The notes below the pieces were generated by a model that was not told the DNA's origin, did no database searches, and worked only from the letters and a program-made list of their open reading frames with translations. 50,942 nt of DNA from Nemertoderma westbladi (Eukaryota > Animalia > Xenacoelomorpha): positions 1 through 50,942 of the forward strand of contig JAUCBJ010008031.1 in the NCBI GenBank assembly GCA_032718475.1, in the 5' to 3' direction. Positions 47,373 to 50,942 of this stretch are shown here, piece by piece (position 1 is the first letter of the stretch; each line of letters opens with the position of its first letter). Position numbers and translations under genes: made by a program.

Positions 47373-48299
47373 TTCAGAGTTTATGCGATTATTCGCAACA
47401 TTCATTCCCCAAGTTTGTTCCTACAGTAATTGTGTTTGTTATACATACCGCTATAGTTAAATTAACCCCGGTACTACACGGGCTGCTTGGCGTAGGTAAA
47501 GACTGGTGATTTTGTGCATCGGTCACTCCAGCAGATGCCGTGGTTCTTTTAGCTGTTCAAGTATATTTAACTACTGATTATCTGATGTACAAGTACTCGT
47601 ACCTAATTTAGGGTTTAGTGTACAGTGCTTTCCGAAGTAATTAGTGTAGACAGTATATTTGTGTTGTAAAGTGGTTAATAGGCACGTTCGATTAGCTCTA
47701 TTAACTTCTAGGTAGGAACACTCCGTGATACATAACGTAGAACCTATAGCGATACGGCTATAGGTCGTCAGGCGGTGGTATTTTCCTATCTGGACAACGC
47801 AGTGTATTTACTACTACTTATTATTTCAAATACCGTAGTACCCTGTCCGTTGTAATAACCAGATTTCTAACCCTTTGTTAGGCTGGTTTGTAGACTTCTT
47901 GTAAAATTACCCTAAAAATTCGTATTTTGTGTTTTGTAAATTTTTATGTTTATTTAGAGATTGTAATCTCAACCCGAATCGTACGTAATTTGTAGTATTA
48001 AGTAACTTAGGTAAATTAGAATTATTTGTTTTAGTGTCCTATAAGTAACACTTCACTGAAAGCGCACCGCTTTGTGTAGTGATTACTCCCCAGAAATAAT
48101 AACATTTATTTCAACATTGACAAAACCCATTAAAACGGGTATATATATAATATAAATCAAATCTAACGATTTATAAATAGTAGGCCTACCATATAACCAT
48201 TAGGTCTCAATATCAGTTGGACTACTGCTTAAATAACGGCAATAAAGTAAGTTAAAGTAACTAAGTAACCCTTAAAATTCAGAAATTCAGTTATTTAAA

Positions 48300-48690
48300 A
48301 TAATTGATATACCGGTATTTATAATAGGCTTATTATATTTATTTTTATGAATTTTAGGTTGAAATCATACCGGTATTCTGTAATTAATTCTAGTTTGTAA
48401 TTATACTTATATATATATACTATAAGTGTAAACTGCATACCGGTATTTACGATAGGCCTATTATCTTTATTTCTATAAATTTAGGCTGAAATTATACCGG
48501 TACTTGTAATTAATTCTAGTCCAGAATTATATATACTACAAACTGTAAGCTGTATACCGGTATTCCCGATAGGCCTATTATATATTTATATATATTTGTG
48601 CTAAAATTATACCGGTATTCTGTGATAAACCTAGTCTGTAATAATACTTATATATACTATAAGCATACCGGTATTTAATATATTATATAT
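48300..48690. repeat. AT-rich ~120-bp tandem repeat (x3; ~60-bp subunits), each subunit carrying ATACCGGTA
   Basis: TACCGGTA at 48310, 48368, 48438, 48495, 48555, 48610 and 48666. Confidence 0.85.
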
Positions 48691-48808
48691 ATCACGCTAC
48701 ACTGAGTAGCAGTATCGGTAATTAATTACTAGGCTAGCAGTTAATACTGAGTTACTAGACTTGCTCAGACTGTGATACAGCAGTAGACATTCAACTGTAT
48801 ACATAAAC

Positions 48809-50942
48809 ATGTCTGAGACTAAGCAGAACCTGTCAGACAGTATATTAGATGTAACTATCTGCGACTCAGATAGAGGCGTAGAACCACCTAGTCGTAAGTT
48901 CAGTTCACCTCCCACTGTGAGGAAGGTCATCCCTCCAGTAGTAATAACAGAACCTAGGCTAGTCCAACATCGTAGGTCTATCATAGGCACCCGAGCTCAG
49001 GTCAAGCGGGACCAAGAAGCAGCGGAACAGCAACAACCCGCGAGTCAGGAGCTTGTTACTCAGCGGCCCAGCAGCTCCAGTAGTGAGGATACTGTAGAGC
49101 TGACACCCGAGCGCGGAGCAGAGATGACGGATGCGGTTTATACGGATCCCCTTCTCATCCTTCCTGCAGCCGTACTCACTAGGATATTGATCGCGGTGGA
49201 AGAACACCAGATCGATTGGGCGAGAAGTCAACGACCAACTAGAGATAGTTATGCGGGATACACGAGGGAAGAATTGAAGTCTATTGTCGAGTCGCAATGG
49301 AACTTCCCCGGACCCGGACTCCCGTTTGATTTATCAGAAGCTGCCTGGGAAGACATACACCGGATGGGAGTAGCCAAGGAAACCATCGATCCAGCTGTGT
49401 GGAAGAGGTCCGCAGCCGGATACACACAGGGATTCTTCAGCTCTATGGAGCGAGTAGAAAAACAACTGTTTAAACAACCTCAAGGACCTCAAGAGCAGGG
49501 ACAGCTGCTTTATCAAGTTAGAGAAAGAGTTCTGCGGATTAGGCTAATCTTATCCGCCTTTGAGGAGGCTTCTAAAAGAAAACAAGACACGTCGTTGCAA
49601 GTTGCCGTAAAGACTTGGTTTCAACGGGTGAGTCGCCAGGTTCAAGGAGCAGCTCAGTGGAAAGCTCAGTTGGAGGAGCGCTCAACCCATGGAGAATCAA
49701 CAGACGCTACTTTTTCCCAAGTGGAAAGTGAAGCGACGACAGAGAAACCGCATAAGAAGGATGCCATTGACATCTATCTGTCAGACTATCAGCGTTTTTT
49801 AGGAGATGACGAGTTGAGGAGAAGGCTGGAGGGACTTAGCCCTAACAGCGAAGGAGCCAAACTTGTGTTAGATGCAATTGATGTGGATAGGTTAGCGGCG
49901 AACCAAGCTAAATTCGATGAACAACTCCGCATCGCCAAGGTTCAAGAAGAACAAGTAAAGAAAAAACGTATAGAAGATAGAAAGACAGCAGCAGCGGCAG
50001 TGGCAGCGGCAGAAGCGGAACGAAAGGCAGCAGAAGCAGCGGCAGAGGCAAAAGCGGCAGCTGCGGAAAGGAAAGCGGCAGCGGCAGAAGCGGAACGAAA
50101 GGCAGCAGAGGCAGCGGCAGAGGCAAAAGCGGCAGCTGCGGAAAGGAAAGCGGCAGCGGCAGAAGCGGAAAGAAAGATAGCAGTGGCAGAAGCAGAACGG
50201 AGGGCATCTGAAGAGACAACCCAACTAGAGTTGGAAAATCTTCAAGAGAGGCAAGATAACTTTAATAAACAGTTAACAGCTAGTAATATGCAGATGATGA
50301 ATCGATCTACTCCCAAACGACAAGGTTATACATCATCTGAGGAAGGCGATACCACCGACACTGAAGGCGGAGGAAATCGATCCCGCCTAAGCAGACGTAA
50401 AAGAACATTCCACCGTCAGAAATTGCCTGATTTGCCTCCAGCTGTTAGAAGGCAACTAAATAACACCAACTTAGAGAGTACAGAACCCACAGACCAAATA
50501 ATTACAATAGAAAGACTCCATACTATAGTAGATGAGCCTGAAATAAGTAGGCCTGTTCTTGAAATCACCCCTTCGGTAATAGATACACCTGTGCTCCCTG
50601 AAGCTACCTATAAATTCCCTCTGCATAGCACTAAGCTACCTGTGCCCCGTAGAACTGCCCAGGAGACAGTTCAGGTCCTGGACCCCGAGCGAAATATTCC
50701 AAATTTGTCGCCCGTTGTCCCTCGTCTGCCCGCTACGACGTTGGCGGATCCCGTTTCGGCGGTTGATTGGGTAGACGAGAGACGGCGGGGGATGGATATT
50801 CTCCTCGGAGAGATGAAGGAGAATCGGATACGCTCCTCCCAACAGGTCCGAGAGTTGGAAGGGACTGTCCAACATTTAAAGGGAACAGTGAGGGAAAGTA
50901 AGTTAGAGTTGCAAGAAGTGCAGCAGAATATCGCGCTAGAGC
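48809..50942 (+). CDS. Uninterrupted ORF of at least 711 aa, 3'-truncated by the window; probable retroelement ORF1/Gag-like protein with an Ala/Glu/Lys-rich coiled coil
   Basis: AAACATG start. Manual translation MSETKQNLSDSILDVTICDSDRG...AAAEAERKAAEAAAEAKAAAAERK...ELQEVQQNIALE has no stop to the window end. It is absent from the ORF track because it lacks a stop. The product is inferred from context only. Confidence 0.8.
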   Translation, partial: MSETKQNLSDSILDVTICDSDRGVEPPSRKFSSPPTVRKVIPPVVITEPRLVQHRRSIIGTRAQVKRDQEAAEQQQPASQELVTQRPSSSSSEDTVELTPERGAEMTDAVYTDPLLILPAAVLTRILIAVEEHQIDWARSQRPTRDSYAGYTREELKSIVESQWNFPGPGLPFDLSEAAWEDIHRMGVAKETIDPAVWKRSAAGYTQGFFSSMERVEKQLFKQPQGPQEQGQLLYQVRERVLRIRLILSAFEEASKRKQDTSLQVAVKTWFQRVSRQVQGAAQWKAQLEERSTHGESTDATFSQVESEATTEKPHKKDAIDIYLSDYQRFLGDDELRRRLEGLSPNSEGAKLVLDAIDVDRLAANQAKFDEQLRIAKVQEEQVKKKRIEDRKTAAAAVAAAEAERKAAEAAAEAKAAAAERKAAAAEAERKAAEAAAEAKAAAAERKAAAAEAERKIAVAEAERRASEETTQLELENLQERQDNFNKQLTASNMQMMNRSTPKRQGYTSSEEGDTTDTEGGGNRSRLSRRKRTFHRQKLPDLPPAVRRQLNNTNLESTEPTDQIITIERLHTIVDEPEISRPVLEITPSVIDTPVLPEATYKFPLHSTKLPVPRRTAQETVQVLDPERNIPNLSPVVPRLPATTLADPVSAVDWVDERRRGMDILLGEMKENRIRSSQQVRELEGTVQHLKGTVRESKLELQEVQQNIALE

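Larger units (their letters stand above)
45252..50942 (+). mobile_element. 5' part of a large putative LTR-type retroelement (terminal repeat/promoter, long leader with repeats, ORF1)
   Basis: It starts TGTAAAAGC and is homologous to 1-366. CCAAT (45541), TATA-like TATATACA (about 45575) and TCAGT Inr-like (about 45597) motifs follow in order, then a long ORF from 48809. No PBS, LTR end or pol domain is visible in the window. Confidence 0.55.

Noticed and set aside
48697-50875. Minus-strand ORFs such as the Cys/Arg/Phe-rich 110-aa ORF
   Set aside because: Antisense shadows of the long plus-strand ORF and its Ala-rich repeat.

Overview
AT-rich eukaryotic (invertebrate-metazoan-like) genomic DNA, not prokaryotic; no CRISPR array, rRNA or intact tRNA found. 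The one recognisable host gene is PPP1R10/PNUTS (minus strand, 14485-17204). Its CDS lies in a single exon, is broken by two +1 homopolymer indels (probably sequencing errors) and ends in an extra RD/RE-rich tail. Roughly a third of the window is tandem repeat: 36-bp (A), 33-bp (B), 61-bp (C) and 24-bp (D) arrays plus an older degenerate G-poor array. The long ORFs over these arrays are artefacts. An A-spacer-B block of about 3.7 kb is duplicated with a period of about 4.53 kb. Mobile elements include two tRNA-derived SINEs, a hAT-type MITE with an 8-bp TSD, several foldback/MITE-like elements, two L2/Crack-like LINE 3' fragments and two related LTR-like termini. One of these termini precedes an uninterrupted ORF of at least 711 codons that the ORF track missed (48809 to window end). 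Most notable: (1) satellite A is an amplified UUCG-hairpin segment of a SINE 3' tail whose single-copy relative is in the same window; (2) the palindromes TAGGCCTA and TACCGGTA are strongly over-represented and clustered, and some sit at junctions or apparent insertions; (3) the retrogene-like PNUTS has an extended tail. All counts and alignments were done by eye.
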